Positions 1 through 11,000 of a stretch of 62,838 bases of DNA are shown piece after piece. A program made the position numbers and the translations under genes. Where the stretch lies: the IMG/VR virus record IMGVR_UViG_3300033121_002345; one strand, given 5' to 3'. Position 1 is the first letter of the stretch; each line of letters starts with the position of its first letter. The notes below the pieces were generated by a model, which searched no databases, was not told the origin of the DNA, and saw only the letters and a program-made list of their open reading frames with translations. Origin of the DNA: an uncultured virus (IMG/VR IMGVR_UViG_3300033121_002345) (lineage: Duplodnaviria; Heunggongvirae; Uroviricota; Caudoviricetes).

Positions 1-685
1 TGTTCGGAATCCATACATGGAAAGCAAAGCCACCTTCGTCGTGGGCAGTGGAGTAAACCGTCCTGGAATCAGGCTCGAAGAATTCGAGATCGACCGTGGT
101 GGGTCGAACTACAGGTGTGGTGTTCGAGGCCGCAGTAACGATATCATCTACGCCACGTGTAGAACCCGTTTCGTTGATAAGAGAACGAACGGCCAGCTTG
201 CCTGCCAGCACTCGCATGGCGCGAGTTGGGGGAAGCATCTCCTGGAAAGCAATCTGGTGTTCTGTCGCCCGAAGAGAAAGCTCGCTGGTGAGCTGATTCT
301 TAGCATCCTGAAACTTCGTGTCGACGTTGTAGAACAACTCTTCCGCGTATCCCCGAAGAAGGGTCGCGTAGTTCGTGGCGACAACTAGGAGCAAGAAGGT
401 TTCGCCGTTGGTGCGAACCTGGATGAAGTTCTTGCCAGGAAACAACGACAGGTTCACCTGAACCGAAGGTTCGGTGAGAACGACGGTACGGACCAAGCCG
501 TTGTTGATGAGGATCTCGACCGTATCCCCAGGGTCACCCTCCAGCAGGAAAGGCGTGTCCTCCGAAGATGACAGAGGAAGGATTACGGGCCCTTTATGCC
601 ACTGATTTCCCGCAGGGATGCTATCGAGGAGTTCTTGGTATAGATCCTCGTACGGTTGGGTGTTCGGAAGGATCCGAAGAACCAT
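1..685 (-). CDS. Baseplate/tail structural protein, partial (runs off window start)
   Basis: Hand translation from ATG at 685 (MVLRILPNTQPYEDLYQELLDSIPAG...) stays open towards the window edge; absent from ORF track because no stop is in the window; lies downstream of the baseplate J-like gene. Confidence 0.55.
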   Translation of the reverse strand, partial: MVLRILPNTQPYEDLYQELLDSIPAGNQWHKGPVILPLSSSEDTPFLLEGDPGDTVEILINNGLVRTVVLTEPSVQVNLSLFPGKNFIQVRTNGETFLLLVVATNYATLLRGYAEELFYNVDTKFQDAKNQLTSELSLRATEHQIAFQEMLPPTRAMRVLAGKLAVRSLINETGSTRGVDDIVTAASNTTPVVRPTTVDLEFFEPDSRTVYSTAHDEGGFAFHVWIPN

Positions 686-690
686 CTAGC

Positions 691-1266
691 TCACACTCCT
701 CGCGGACCAAAAACCAATGCAGGTGGCATCGGGAATGGCATGGCCGGAGGAGCAGGACTTGGCATAGACTGCGGGGAGAGGCCGGGACCCGCCATCTGCT
801 GACTCCTACGCTCCAAGAAGTACACCAAGGTCTCCAACTCGCTAGCAGTGCTGGCAAGCAGGTCGTCAAGGCCGTACGTCAGGTAGCCTTCCGCTTTGAT
901 AGCCGAAGACAGACCGCGAAGCTTTCGAGTGAGAGACAGAAGGTTCTCGTAGAAGAACGTGGCAGCCAGGTTTGCGTCAAGCAGGGAGCGCTCCAATTCG
1001 GGAGCGACTTTCGTCATACGACGGTAGACGTACCTAGCCTGCTCCAGAGGATTGACGTATCGCGTGTCCTCAAACTCCGAAAAGGCAGTGAGGCGCTCAG
1101 CCAATGGATCCAGAAGGTCGTCTAGCTTTTCGTAGATACGACCAAAGAGTTGGTGATCGCTGTAGCTAGTCGGTCCGAACACACGCCAGTGTGCAGCCTG
1201 AGAGGCCATCGACAGGAAACGAAGTTCCCATACGAGGTTTGAAAGTTTCTGAAGATTGTGAGCCAT
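691..1266 (-). CDS. Dps/ferritin-like protein
   Basis: AAHWRVFG...DHQLFGRIYE...DPLAER matches the Dps HW...H..F...Y...D..AER ferroxidase pattern; Pro-rich C-terminal tail. Confidence 0.75.
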   Translation of the reverse strand: MAHNLQKLSNLVWELRFLSMASQAAHWRVFGPTSYSDHQLFGRIYEKLDDLLDPLAERLTAFSEFEDTRYVNPLEQARYVYRRMTKVAPELERSLLDANLAATFFYENLLSLTRKLRGLSSAIKAEGYLTYGLDDLLASTASELETLVYFLERRSQQMAGPGLSPQSMPSPAPPAMPFPMPPALVFGPRGV

Positions 1267-1270
1267 CTTG

Positions 1271-1561
1271 TTACCTCGGAACCGATCGCGGGGGGATGAC
1301 GTTCTTCAACGATCGGGACTTAGAATCGTTGACTGTTCCAGTTCCCTTAGCGAGGTCTGGAACGTCCTTCACATAACGACCTGGACCCCTTCCTGAATCA
1401 CCGCCAGGAAGGTCGTCCATTGGACCTGACCAACGATCTTCTTCAGGAAGAGCCCCCTCAGGGCTGTGAGGCAAGGAATCCAGCCCAGGACCCGGGAAGG
1501 TCTTTTCCTTCTCAGTACTGATGCGGTCAGCCTTATTGAAATCAAGAAAACGGTGTGTCAT
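1271..1561 (-). CDS. Hypothetical protein
   Basis: 96 aa ORF, ATGA overlap with upstream gene stop. Confidence 0.55.
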   Translation of the reverse strand: MTHRFLDFNKADRISTEKEKTFPGPGLDSLPHSPEGALPEEDRWSGPMDDLPGGDSGRGPGRYVKDVPDLAKGTGTVNDSKSRSLKNVIPPRSVPR

Positions 1562-2958
1562 CTCCTCACCTCAATCGTGATGAGAGCATCGCTCGTTTCA
1601 GGGAATTCATATGGCCGGAATTCGATGGTCTCAACTGGGATTGTCCCCGTGAGATCCCTAGTGAACTCCAGGACCGTGATGTTCGAAACGCCCGCAACGT
1701 CCGAAGAAAGCTGCGAGCGGAGGTCGTTTGCGAAGAGGATCGAAACGAATTCGTTTCGGTTACAGAAGTCAGAAACCGAGGCGAAGGCAGCGCCGGCAGC
1801 TTCGGTTTCATCGAAAGAGCTGAGAACTTGGACGAGAACCTTGACTCGAATCGGGACCGGAATGCCTTTTCGAACGAGGGTGTCAGCTCGGTAGAGCTGG
1901 ACTCCGATACGGTCCGTGTAGGCCTGAGTATCTCGGATCAGCTTGTCGTAGGTGTACGTAATCGTTACGGTTTCGTTCAATCCAGGGATGATATCCAGCT
2001 CAACTCTATCATTGGCTTGAGTCGAAGATCTATACTGGAAAGTCGTGTCCGGAAGGAAGGTAAACCCAACAGGAGCACCGCTGACGCGGACGTTCTGCAC
2101 CGCAATTACGGGCGGAAGGGTCAGGGGGAACGTTCGCTGTACCGCGTTCCCGATGTACGTCACCTCGGCCGTTTCCGTGACCGAACCGATGATGTAGATG
2201 TCCCAGGCAGACCGGCGTGTTCTACGACGGAAGTTCTCAATGTCCGTGCTGAAGATCATCTGCACATCGTCGATAGATGACGTGTCAAACTGCTCGATGA
2301 GCTGCTTCAGGCCGTCGCCCGAACCCAAAGCGAGTCCGTTGAATTTGGAACGGATGCGAGCACCGAATCGAGTCGTACTCTCGAATTCAGTGCTGCCCGA
2401 GATGCGCTCACGGTTGATGACACCATCGATTCCACGCACGGTAGACTGGATGCGGATGATGCGGTTCTGAGGGACCTCGAAGAGCTGACCAGCTCCGAGT
2501 GCTTCCACGGGCACACGCACCTCGTAACGGCGGGTCGCCGCGTTGTAGTACGCGCCCAAGGAAGAACCAAGAATGAAGGCATCGCGCAGAGTGCGGAAGG
2601 AAATGGTGGTGTCTGTCGTCGTGACAACAGTTCCCGCGGGGATGACCACGATCTCGTCTGGACCTGGCGCGGAGTAGGTGAAGAACGTTACGGAGCCTCG
2701 TGCAGCCCGTCCCAGGGATCGACGAAGGCCATGGTTGGCCCCATAGAGCTGGAGGACTTGTTCGTTTTGCGACAGAACGTAGTCGAGGCTGTAGCGTCGA
2801 CTGAGGTCGTCGAAGAGCAGCTCAAGGGCGCGAAGCTGAGCGGACTGCGGACGGATGTAGATGTCGAAGACCGGACCCTTCACCGTGTCGATGGAAGGGT
2901 CCTGGTTCTCGATAGAGTCCGCGAGCGACAGCTCGATCTGCCTTAGAGTTCGTGCCAT
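1558..2958 (-). CDS. Baseplate J-like wedge protein
   Basis: ARGSVTF...IPAGTVV...VPVEAL..G...G.EFES..F.ARI pattern typical of baseplate J/gp6 proteins; tail-module context. Confidence 0.8.
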   Translation of the reverse strand: MARTLRQIELSLADSIENQDPSIDTVKGPVFDIYIRPQSAQLRALELLFDDLSRRYSLDYVLSQNEQVLQLYGANHGLRRSLGRAARGSVTFFTYSAPGPDEIVVIPAGTVVTTTDTTISFRTLRDAFILGSSLGAYYNAATRRYEVRVPVEALGAGQLFEVPQNRIIRIQSTVRGIDGVINRERISGSTEFESTTRFGARIRSKFNGLALGSGDGLKQLIEQFDTSSIDDVQMIFSTDIENFRRRTRRSAWDIYIIGSVTETAEVTYIGNAVQRTFPLTLPPVIAVQNVRVSGAPVGFTFLPDTTFQYRSSTQANDRVELDIIPGLNETVTITYTYDKLIRDTQAYTDRIGVQLYRADTLVRKGIPVPIRVKVLVQVLSSFDETEAAGAAFASVSDFCNRNEFVSILFANDLRSQLSSDVAGVSNITVLEFTRDLTGTIPVETIEFRPYEFPETSDALITIEVRR

Positions 2959-3456
2959 TTAGATCGCTCTCGTGTCATCGGTCACGATCGACCCGGGGAG
3001 GTTTGGCTTGGCCCCCGGCAAGAACTGGTGGCGAAGCTGGATGAAGAAGCTCGTGGGGATCACGTCCGGCCCGTCGTGGGGCGTGACATCAACGAAGAAT
3101 ATGTAACCCGTCCGCGAGAACTGAATGACTCGAATCGTACCGATGGACTGGATGGCCTCAAATCCAGTCAGTTGGTCCACTCGGGTGTTCTGAAGCTGCT
3201 GAAGCCTCTCGATGGCGTCTCGGACCATACTCTTGATACGACCGCGGTTCACGAGGCCCATAGGGCCCGACTTCCTGGAATTGATCTGGTCCAGGTCCGC
3301 GATCTCCGAACCGTACCCTCGTTCAGGGTCGTATTCGGTCATCAAACAGTCCGCCACATCCTGGGAAAGCTTGTGAATTCCGGTGATCATAACCTGTCGG
3401 CCGTTACTCGACTGGGTTACGATATCACCGTCTCTTTTCATCAGAGTGGTGGCCAT
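2959..3456 (-). CDS. Baseplate wedge protein, gp25/gpW-like
   Basis: KLSQDV...LMTEYD...YGSEI motif; directly upstream of J-like gene; ATG at 3456 overlaps upstream TGA. Confidence 0.6.
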   Translation of the reverse strand: MATTLMKRDGDIVTQSSNGRQVMITGIHKLSQDVADCLMTEYDPERGYGSEIADLDQINSRKSGPMGLVNRGRIKSMVRDAIERLQQLQNTRVDQLTGFEAIQSIGTIRVIQFSRTGYIFFVDVTPHDGPDVIPTSFFIQLRHQFLPGAKPNLPGSIVTDDTRAI

Positions 3457-3998
3457 CAGGGGTACTCCACTAGCACGCGAACCCAAGCTCGCAGTTCCTG
3501 CTGAAAGTCAGCAGCGCCCTCAGACTGGTGGCGAGAGAGTAGCACAGATAGCGCCGCGTAGTTGAATGTGTGGCGGTCGCGAGCAGAGACAATGTTGCCC
3601 ATGCTGCGAGTGAGGGCTTCCTGCAGAAGGATTGACTCCGAAATATCTTCGAACCCCTCCAACGAAGCGGAGAAGGTGGTTCTAACGCGGTCGTAGTACT
3701 CAGTGAGCTGCTGATACATGCGCTGGCCCTCCAGCTCGTTCCGCTGCTCTTCCTCGAAGTACTCATCGAGGAGCTGATTGCGTGTGTCGATCTGGTTCGG
3801 GTCGTTGTCGAGAATGACTTGAAAGAAGCCAGACACGTCACTCCGAGTAGAAATCGGAGTCAAGATCAGGTACGCCTCGAACTCCGGGGAAATCTCCTCT
3901 TCAGAGTCCGATTGAGCGTTGAAGAACTCGGGTCGCTCACCATCTCCGTGGGCGGACTCTCCGACTCTTTCTGCTTCTTCAAGGGTCAGGCGGCGCAT
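3456..3998 (-). CDS. Hypothetical protein (tail module)
   Basis: 180 aa ORF in tight operon. Confidence 0.6.
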   Translation of the reverse strand: MRRLTLEEAERVGESAHGDGERPEFFNAQSDSEEEISPEFEAYLILTPISTRSDVSGFFQVILDNDPNQIDTRNQLLDEYFEEEQRNELEGQRMYQQLTEYYDRVRTTFSASLEGFEDISESILLQEALTRSMGNIVSARDRHTFNYAALSVLLSRHQSEGAADFQQELRAWVRVLVEYP

Positions 3999-4004
3999 AA
4001 GTCC

Positions 4005-5849
4005 TCAGGTAGACGGGGGCGTGAATCCAGCGATGGAACGAGCCACCAGAAGGGCTGCCAGGCGAGTGGCTTCAGGTGGGGCACATCCGGGGCTGCCGGG
4101 CGGGCTTGGAAGAGAACCAGCGGAAGCCGATGAATTTCGGCGCTCCAGGCTCACTCGAAGGGTCAAGCTCATCGACCGAACGGTGGTCCGAAGTCCACGC
4201 AGGGCAACACGAACTGTGTCGAAGAGCGTGGTCAGAACATCCATTACAACCTTGACGATACCCAAGGTGTCTTCAATGCTGATCGGCAGCTCGAAGCCAG
4301 CCTGCCGAGCAAGGTCCGACTGACAGGGCAAAGAACCACCGAACGTAGACTGCAGGGAAGACGAGGAGCTTACGAAGCTCGACCCGCAGGACACGTCAGA
4401 AACGATTCCGAGCAGGTTGCTGACCGAGCGAAGAAAGTCTGTGATCAGAGTGATCTGACCTTCGATAGTGGAGAGCACAGTGTCGAACGGATTCGAGTCA
4501 GAGCTGCCTGGGGTCCCCGGAGAGCCAGAGCCGCCAATGCCTCCGATGCCCACGGTCACAGAGCCACTCACAGAAGCCAGACTTCCTCCCATAGGGGAGT
4601 AGGCAGGCCCGAGAAGGCAGTCGAGAAGCCCGTTCGCCATGTCGTTGAACAGCATGTTCACCATACTGACGAGATTGGTGATCTCGTTCAGCACGTTTCC
4701 GATCACGCCCTGCGCTTCGTTGATGATCGTCTGGATGATCAGCAATTGGGACTGAATGGTTGCGCCAAGTGCCTCTGCGTATTCGCGAGCTGAGGGGTTG
4801 TCGCCTCCCTGAGAGGCCAGATTTTGCGAGAGGCGCTCCAAGTCGAAGGTTCGGTTGATGTCAAGTGTTCGGAAGAGGCTCACTCCCGCCGAAGAAAAGT
4901 CAGGCATGCCCGAGGGACCTGCGCTACCTGGGGAGGAGCTACGCAAGGTGTCTCGAATCAAAGATGCCATGTCCTCGGGAGAAGGGAACAGTTCTACGGG
5001 GCCTGTGAGTCGGCGGATTACGTCGTCCGCGTCGTCGCCAAAGGCTCCTGCCACACGAGGGATTTCAGAAGGGTCCGGGATGACCGAGACGATGAAGTTC
5101 TGACGACTCGTCTTCGAGACAGCGTCTACGAATTGAGAGTTCGTGAGCCCTAGGATACGAGCCTTTCGACGTGTCGCGTCGGTAGCTTCCGGACGACCGA
5201 CCCAAAAGATGTAGATGCGAACGTCAGCGGTAGAGATGCCTACAGACGCAGCAGCCTCAGCCAAAGGCCGGTCAATTCCAATCGTGATCTCCTGTTCGAC
5301 CACGACCTCAGGGGAGCAGGCCGTCTCGGGGGTAACGTTCCGACGCATGTAGGTCGTAACCATCACAAAACGAGGTGTGATTTCCAGAGGCGTAGAATAT
5401 GTCCGGAAGTCCGAGTCGTCTGTGATTGGGACGTCGGCGAGGTCAGGTAGAACCCTGAAGATCTCTTCGAAGCCACCAAGAACCCTAGAGAACAACTGAA
5501 TCGCGCTCAAGTCACGAGTGCCGGGCATGATGAGCCGCCCGTTCACGATCGTGATTCTGAACCTGTCTCCGATGGCGGCTTCGATGTCAGCCGTGGACTC
5601 CCCATCGACCAAGCTCGTGGCATCAATGAGGCCCTCGGTGCTTGTGTTTGCAGCGGCCAAGATCGAATCTAGGCTCGACCGCAGGGGGTCCGAGAAGTCC
5701 GAAGTAACCGAAGCCCCAAGCGCTCGAAGCGTGTCCATTTCCGCGCGAGCCGCAAGAAGTTGAGCACCCAGACGCTCTTGGTAGTCGAAGAGAGCGGAGT
5801 CTAAGCCGGGATCAAGACGGCATCGAATAGTTGAAAGAGAACTCGGCAT
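4005..5849 (-). CDS. Hypothetical virion-associated protein, Ser/Gly-rich helical C-terminus
   Basis: 614 aa ORF in tight operon. Confidence 0.6.
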   Translation of the reverse strand: MPSSLSTIRCRLDPGLDSALFDYQERLGAQLLAARAEMDTLRALGASVTSDFSDPLRSSLDSILAAANTSTEGLIDATSLVDGESTADIEAAIGDRFRITIVNGRLIMPGTRDLSAIQLFSRVLGGFEEIFRVLPDLADVPITDDSDFRTYSTPLEITPRFVMVTTYMRRNVTPETACSPEVVVEQEITIGIDRPLAEAAASVGISTADVRIYIFWVGRPEATDATRRKARILGLTNSQFVDAVSKTSRQNFIVSVIPDPSEIPRVAGAFGDDADDVIRRLTGPVELFPSPEDMASLIRDTLRSSSPGSAGPSGMPDFSSAGVSLFRTLDINRTFDLERLSQNLASQGGDNPSAREYAEALGATIQSQLLIIQTIINEAQGVIGNVLNEITNLVSMVNMLFNDMANGLLDCLLGPAYSPMGGSLASVSGSVTVGIGGIGGSGSPGTPGSSDSNPFDTVLSTIEGQITLITDFLRSVSNLLGIVSDVSCGSSFVSSSSSLQSTFGGSLPCQSDLARQAGFELPISIEDTLGIVKVVMDVLTTLFDTVRVALRGLRTTVRSMSLTLRVSLERRNSSASAGSLPSPPGSPGCAPPEATRLAALLVARSIAGFTPPST

Positions 5850-5850
5850 T

Positions 5851-6450
5851 TCAGACCAGGACAGGGTCCTGAATGTTCAGGACGAGCTGAAGCGTGTTCT
5901 TGGCGTACCCAATCTCCTGGTTGTAGCCGCCCGAAGGAGCGGTAGGAGAACTGGTGATGTTTCCGGCTGAACCAATGTAGTAGATCGTGTCTGGGACAAA
6001 CGGAAGGAACGGGAAAGTCATGCTCCCATTGTACGAGAAGCTTCCCAGATTCTGAACGAGGACGGTGGTCTTCGTAGGCAAAGCCACAATGACGCCCACG
6101 GACGGGCCGGTCGCAGCCAAAGAGAAGTCAGCCAGGTCAACTGTGTCGTTCGAGACTTGGTACACGAACTGACCGATCTCAAATCCAGGGGCAGCCGCGT
6201 TGAACAACAGGGAGCCAACACCGCCGCCACCCTGTTGCTGAACCAGACCGAAAAGCACCTGGTCATTTTGGTTGAAGTAGGCGTTAGACGGGTTTTGAGC
6301 GGATGTGATGCCCTCAGCCCAACCCCTGATAACTTCAATGGAATTGGGGGCTCCGCCGTTGGCCAGCGCGGGGACGTTCATCCGTGCCGCTAGGAACGTC
6401 CGAATCGCCTGTGTGAGCGTCTCTGGGTCTACTTCAGGAAATTGGGCCAT
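5851..6450 (-). CDS. Putative virion structural protein
   Basis: 199 aa, beta-rich C-terminal domain, GGAGG RBS upstream. Confidence 0.55.
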   Translation of the reverse strand: MAQFPEVDPETLTQAIRTFLAARMNVPALANGGAPNSIEVIRGWAEGITSAQNPSNAYFNQNDQVLFGLVQQQGGGGVGSLLFNAAAPGFEIGQFVYQVSNDTVDLADFSLAATGPSVGVIVALPTKTTVLVQNLGSFSYNGSMTFPFLPFVPDTIYYIGSAGNITSSPTAPSGGYNQEIGYAKNTLQLVLNIQDPVLV

Positions 6451-6483
6451 GGAGTCCTCCGGGATAGATAGCCTTCCTAGGCA

Positions 6484-6933
6484 TCAACTCCAGTTGACGG
6501 TGGTTCCAGGGGGAACACTTACCGCAATTCCAGTGATCATCCAAAGGTGGATGCTCTGTGCGAAGCTGGCTGCAGCTTCGCGATGAGTGAGGGGCCGAGC
6601 CTCGAAAAGGGTCGAAAACCCGATCAAACCTACAGGCGGGGTAGAGACCCAGTTTGGAGCCATGCCCAGGCCGACTGACGTGGCGAAGACCAGCCAAGCG
6701 GCCTCCATCCCTGTAGCCGTTACGGTGGCCGAGAGTGAGGTTTGGAAGATCGGGGTCAAGGTAGCCGCCAAAGCCTCGGCTGCTGCCACGACCGTCGTAG
6801 AGACGGGGACGATCGGGAGCGTGTAGTCCCGCATCGCATTCGCCCATTCGCGGGCACACAGGGCGGCAGTCTCAGGAGGATCTTCGAAGAAGGTAGCTAG
6901 GGAATTCTCCAGGTTCACCTGAATCAAGGGCAT
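6484..6933 (-). CDS. Hypothetical protein (baseplate/spike-associated)
   Basis: 149 aa ORF following spike-like gene. Confidence 0.55.
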   Translation of the reverse strand: MPLIQVNLENSLATFFEDPPETAALCAREWANAMRDYTLPIVPVSTTVVAAAEALAATLTPIFQTSLSATVTATGMEAAWLVFATSVGLGMAPNWVSTPPVGLIGFSTLFEARPLTHREAAASFAQSIHLWMITGIAVSVPPGTTVNWS

Positions 6934-6937
6934 CTAG

Positions 6938-8089
6938 TCACTCCGTGAACACTTTCGTGCTTAGGACGTTGGTAAAGCGAACCTGCACGTCTGACGCCAG
7001 AAAGCTCGCAGGTCCAGTGGACGTGAGCACAACGGCATCACGCAGCCAATCTCGCATGTCTTCGCCTCTGATGAGGGCGCCTCTTGAAGTGCTCGCGCCC
7101 TGTCCGTGCTTGATAGTCTGACCCTCAAGCTCGACAGTCTGCTCAGCGTCAACGAGGAAGTTGCGGCTCACACTGAAGGAGACGTCGCGCCCAGCCGTCA
7201 TCTTGATGTCCGTCCGACTGACGTTGATGTTGAGGCCGTACGAAGCGTTGTCTGGGAGGATCCAGTTGACGTTGCCTTCAACGTCAATCTCGTGAACTGT
7301 CTCCTCGATGCGAATGGTACCGTAGACCGTTCGGCTGCGGAGCTTCTTGCCGGTGACAGAGGAGGTGGGCTCTGTTCCGTCATTGGCTACGACGTGACCT
7401 TCACGATGGTCGACGAGGTTGTACGGCGGCGCCTTGCTGGAGATATGGCGCAGGTATTCTTTGGCGAAGACCTCGTCGCCACCTTCAGGCGTAACTCGAA
7501 CCCAGAGTTCTTGTGGTTGATCCGTGTCCGTGAAGCGCTTCACTACACCGAAGCGCATCTCACTCGAAATCTCTGATGTGTTGTTGTCGAGCGTGCGCTG
7601 GATGATCGTAGGAGCTTTTGTGTTGGCCTCCAATTTTGGAACGTCCAGGACGCTCGTGAGGGGCCCGCCGCGCATGCTGAGCGTACCGTCTTCAGCGAAG
7701 TGAGCCGAAGCCAGACCACGAGACGTGATCTCAATCTCGCTCTCCTGCAGGCGTCGGTAGAAGAACCGGTTGTCTTCGTACGTAGCTCGGATGAGCCGCT
7801 CCGCAGCGTCCTCCGCCATGTAGGCGGTCGTGAAAGTCTCGCCCGAATCAGCACGAGAGTCCAAGATCATTCGCGTGCTGCGTTCGGGCATAACCCGAAT
7901 CCAGCTAGAAGGACCCAAGTATGGGTGCGTAATCGGTACGGTGCGGCCTGCCCGAGGACCCGTGTACGTGATCTGGTCCGTCTGAGGATTCGTAGCAGTG
8001 GTAACGACTCCATACGGACGAGTCGAGTACTGCAGCTCCGTTGCGTAGAGACGACGAGCGTCTCGGATGATTCGACCTGCGCCGCTCAC
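6938..8089 (-). CDS. Baseplate spike/puncturing protein (gpV/gp5-like)
   Basis: N-terminal OB-fold-like region (WIRVMPE), C-terminal beta-helix-like strands then ALIRGEDM; follows hub gene. Confidence 0.55.
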   Translation of the reverse strand: MSGAGRIIRDARRLYATELQYSTRPYGVVTTATNPQTDQITYTGPRAGRTVPITHPYLGPSSWIRVMPERSTRMILDSRADSGETFTTAYMAEDAAERLIRATYEDNRFFYRRLQESEIEITSRGLASAHFAEDGTLSMRGGPLTSVLDVPKLEANTKAPTIIQRTLDNNTSEISSEMRFGVVKRFTDTDQPQELWVRVTPEGGDEVFAKEYLRHISSKAPPYNLVDHREGHVVANDGTEPTSSVTGKKLRSRTVYGTIRIEETVHEIDVEGNVNWILPDNASYGLNINVSRTDIKMTAGRDVSFSVSRNFLVDAEQTVELEGQTIKHGQGASTSRGALIRGEDMRDWLRDAVVLTSTGPASFLASDVQVRFTNVLSTKVFTE

Positions 8090-11000
8090 GACGACCTCCG
8101 AACTGCGGCCTCTGCAGTCTCTCGCGTGAGGCGCTCACGACTGGGAAGGGGCTCTCCTGCCTGACGAGGGATGTCTCCCTCATAACGTTCAGGAGGACAG
8201 GTGTTCGGGGGAACTTCGTTCGCGAAGATCGCCACCTGAGCATTCCGAGAAGTGGTGTAAGCCGCAGCACGCTCGGCAAGCCGCTCATTTCTAGAGACGA
8301 TGGCAGCCCGCTCCTGTTCCAAACGACGACGTCTTCTATCCGAAACCCCTTCGGGGATCTCGGGGACGTCTTCCGGGGCAAAACGGGTAGGCTCGGCAGC
8401 CATGCGCAAGGTAGGAATGCCCTTCAGTCCGAATTGGTCGTAGTACTCTTGGAGGGAGATCACATCCGTATCTGGTCCAGGACGGCCCACGGTCTCTGCG
8501 GCGGAGAACGGCTCGCTGTTAGGCACAGGATTGTAGAGCAATACGGCACGAGCGCCCAGGCCCAAGGAGCCATCGCGTCTACGAAGGAAGCCCAGGTTGA
8601 ACCTGCTTACAAGCTCTGGGTCCCATCGCGTGAGATACTCGGTGTACTCGTCTCCTATGCCGTTCACGACGCGAGAGCTTCCAATCGTACGAGCACGTTC
8701 AGCAGGAAGCGTGGAAAGGTCCACGAACTGACCTTCGGTATCGTGGATGCCCACTCGCTCGTCCGGGGTTACGATTCGGAATCTCTTGCCCTCGCCGACG
8801 TATCGGTTGAACGCGTCCGACCCGAAGATTGCTCCAGTCTCGAAATGCAGGTGGGTCAGAGTTTCGCGTCTCTCCGTTCCGGAATAGCCAGTGTAGGAGA
8901 CGATCTGGTTCCTCTTCACCGTAGCGCCTACCTCGACGCCGTCAGCCAAGTGGTCCTGGTGACGATAGAACGTCACGAAGCCATCGGCGTGGATCAAACC
9001 GAGGGACATGCCCTGCCCAGGCCGACCGTTTCTAGCAACCGACTGGTGGATGTAGAAGACAATGCCATCAGAGACTGCGTAGCAGGGCTCACCAAAGTCC
9101 ATCGGAAGGTCAACGCCCTGGTGCCACCCATTACCTCGGAGGCCGAAACCAGAAACGACGATTCGCGGGAATTCGTTCGCGAACTGCCAGGTGCCCACAC
9201 CTCTGTCGATTTCGGTGTCGGGAACAAGGCCTCGCGAATAACGATCTGCGATGGAGAAGCGCTCACGCGAAGGAAGCGAACGCCTCCAAGCCGCCCAACG
9301 TGGAACGGTTCTCGTAGAGGGACCACAAGGAGCACTGTAGAAGCGGGGGTCTCCGGGATAGCAGGTCGGCTCTTCGTCTGCTTCCGGCGGGTCTGCCGGC
9401 TCCACGTCTTCGGAGGGGGTCAAGGTAGAGCGAACGCCAGAGACACCAACCCGAGGACGCACGCCACCAGTGTCATGCGTGGCTGAAGAGTCAATTCCGC
9501 GCTCTCGAAGATCTGCCTCCAGCTCGTGTACTCGGGTGCGAATGGCTTCGAGTCGGTCTGCTCGCTGCTCTTCTGTGAGGGCGCCTGAAGTACGAGTAAG
9601 CTCGTCTAGCTCAGCTTCAAGACCTCGAAGCTCGGCAACAACCGAATCTTCCTCACCTTCTGGGCGAATGGGAGCGCCAGAGAAGGCCGCGTCGATGACG
9701 TTGTACGTCGCCTGACCGTTGGGAATGATTGCGCGGTATCGGTCTCGAAGAGTGCGGAATTCCTCTTCGGTGAGGGACCTTCCATCAGTGCGAAGAGTCG
9801 TGATAGCTGATTCGAAGTCACGAACTCGTTCCTGCAACGACTGCACGAGGGACCGTCGGGGGTCGGCAGGAATAGCGAAGTACATGGGGTGAGCGGGGCC
9901 ACCCGTGATGTAGCGGGGCAGACCCAGCTCGTCGTACGAGCGGGTGTAGTTGAGAGTGACGTTCATCGAAGGAGGCTGCTGCCCCGCGATTTGGCCAGCC
10001 GTGACCGGCATCGTCCAAGAAAGCCCGTCGATAAGAGCAATTCGCTCTCGGTACTGATTGAAGATTGGACGGTTGAGGGTGAGCCAGGGGCGGAAGACGA
10101 CTCCTAGAGAGTACTTGTCTGCGGCAGCGAGCAGCTTCTGGAACTCCAATGTCGCCAACTGCTCAAGGCGAGCCACGTCAGTGATTTGTGGATAGGTCAA
10201 GACCTTGACGTGAAGACCGTGACGTGAGGCAAGGTTAGGCGACCAGATGCCGACAGAGCGCTCCGGATTCAGCGGAGTGATACGGCTCTCGTCGATGTTG
10301 CCGATTCCTACGAATGAACCGTTTGCGAGAACTGCAGTGACGATCTCACCGCCCTCTTCGTCGAAGGATTCGTTGGTCAGGTGGTGGTCCAGCGTGAGGA
10401 TCTCCGACCAGGTTCCGTAGTCTTCGGGGCTAAAATCGTACTGAGCAAACTCGAAGACGAGGTCGCCGCAACCAGAGACCCAGAAGCGGTAGTCCGCCGT
10501 CTCACAGGCATCAGTGATGAGCTGAAGACGGTTTGTCCAGTTCAGGTTGGCTGCAACGTTACCCCGCTCGACGATGTCGATCGACCACAAAAGGTCGTTC
10601 GGAGTATTGCGACCTGGAGAGAGGAAATGGACAGACTGCGCTTCTGGATGCCACGCGCCTTCTCGACGAGTGCTGCGACCTGCCTCATGAACCTCTTCCT
10701 CGGTCCAGTACCGGCGGTTGCCGACAGAGTGGTCAGGAGGAGCATCCTCCACAAGAATTCCTGCGCCGGAGACGGGCACGAAATCATGCCTGACCGGCGT
10801 CCCGAAGGTGCAAAGCGAGTACCAGTTTCCCATCCGCTGCTGAATCTGGCGGTTGGTAACGGCACGGCTGGCTCCGCGAGAAGCGGAGGGGAAGTAGGTC
10901 TCGGTTGCGTAGGGTCGAGGCGGGTCCCCGAAGAGCGAACCAAAGAACGGGAACACGCCCGGGCGCATACGTCCGACTCTGCCTGCGCCACGTTCTGTGG

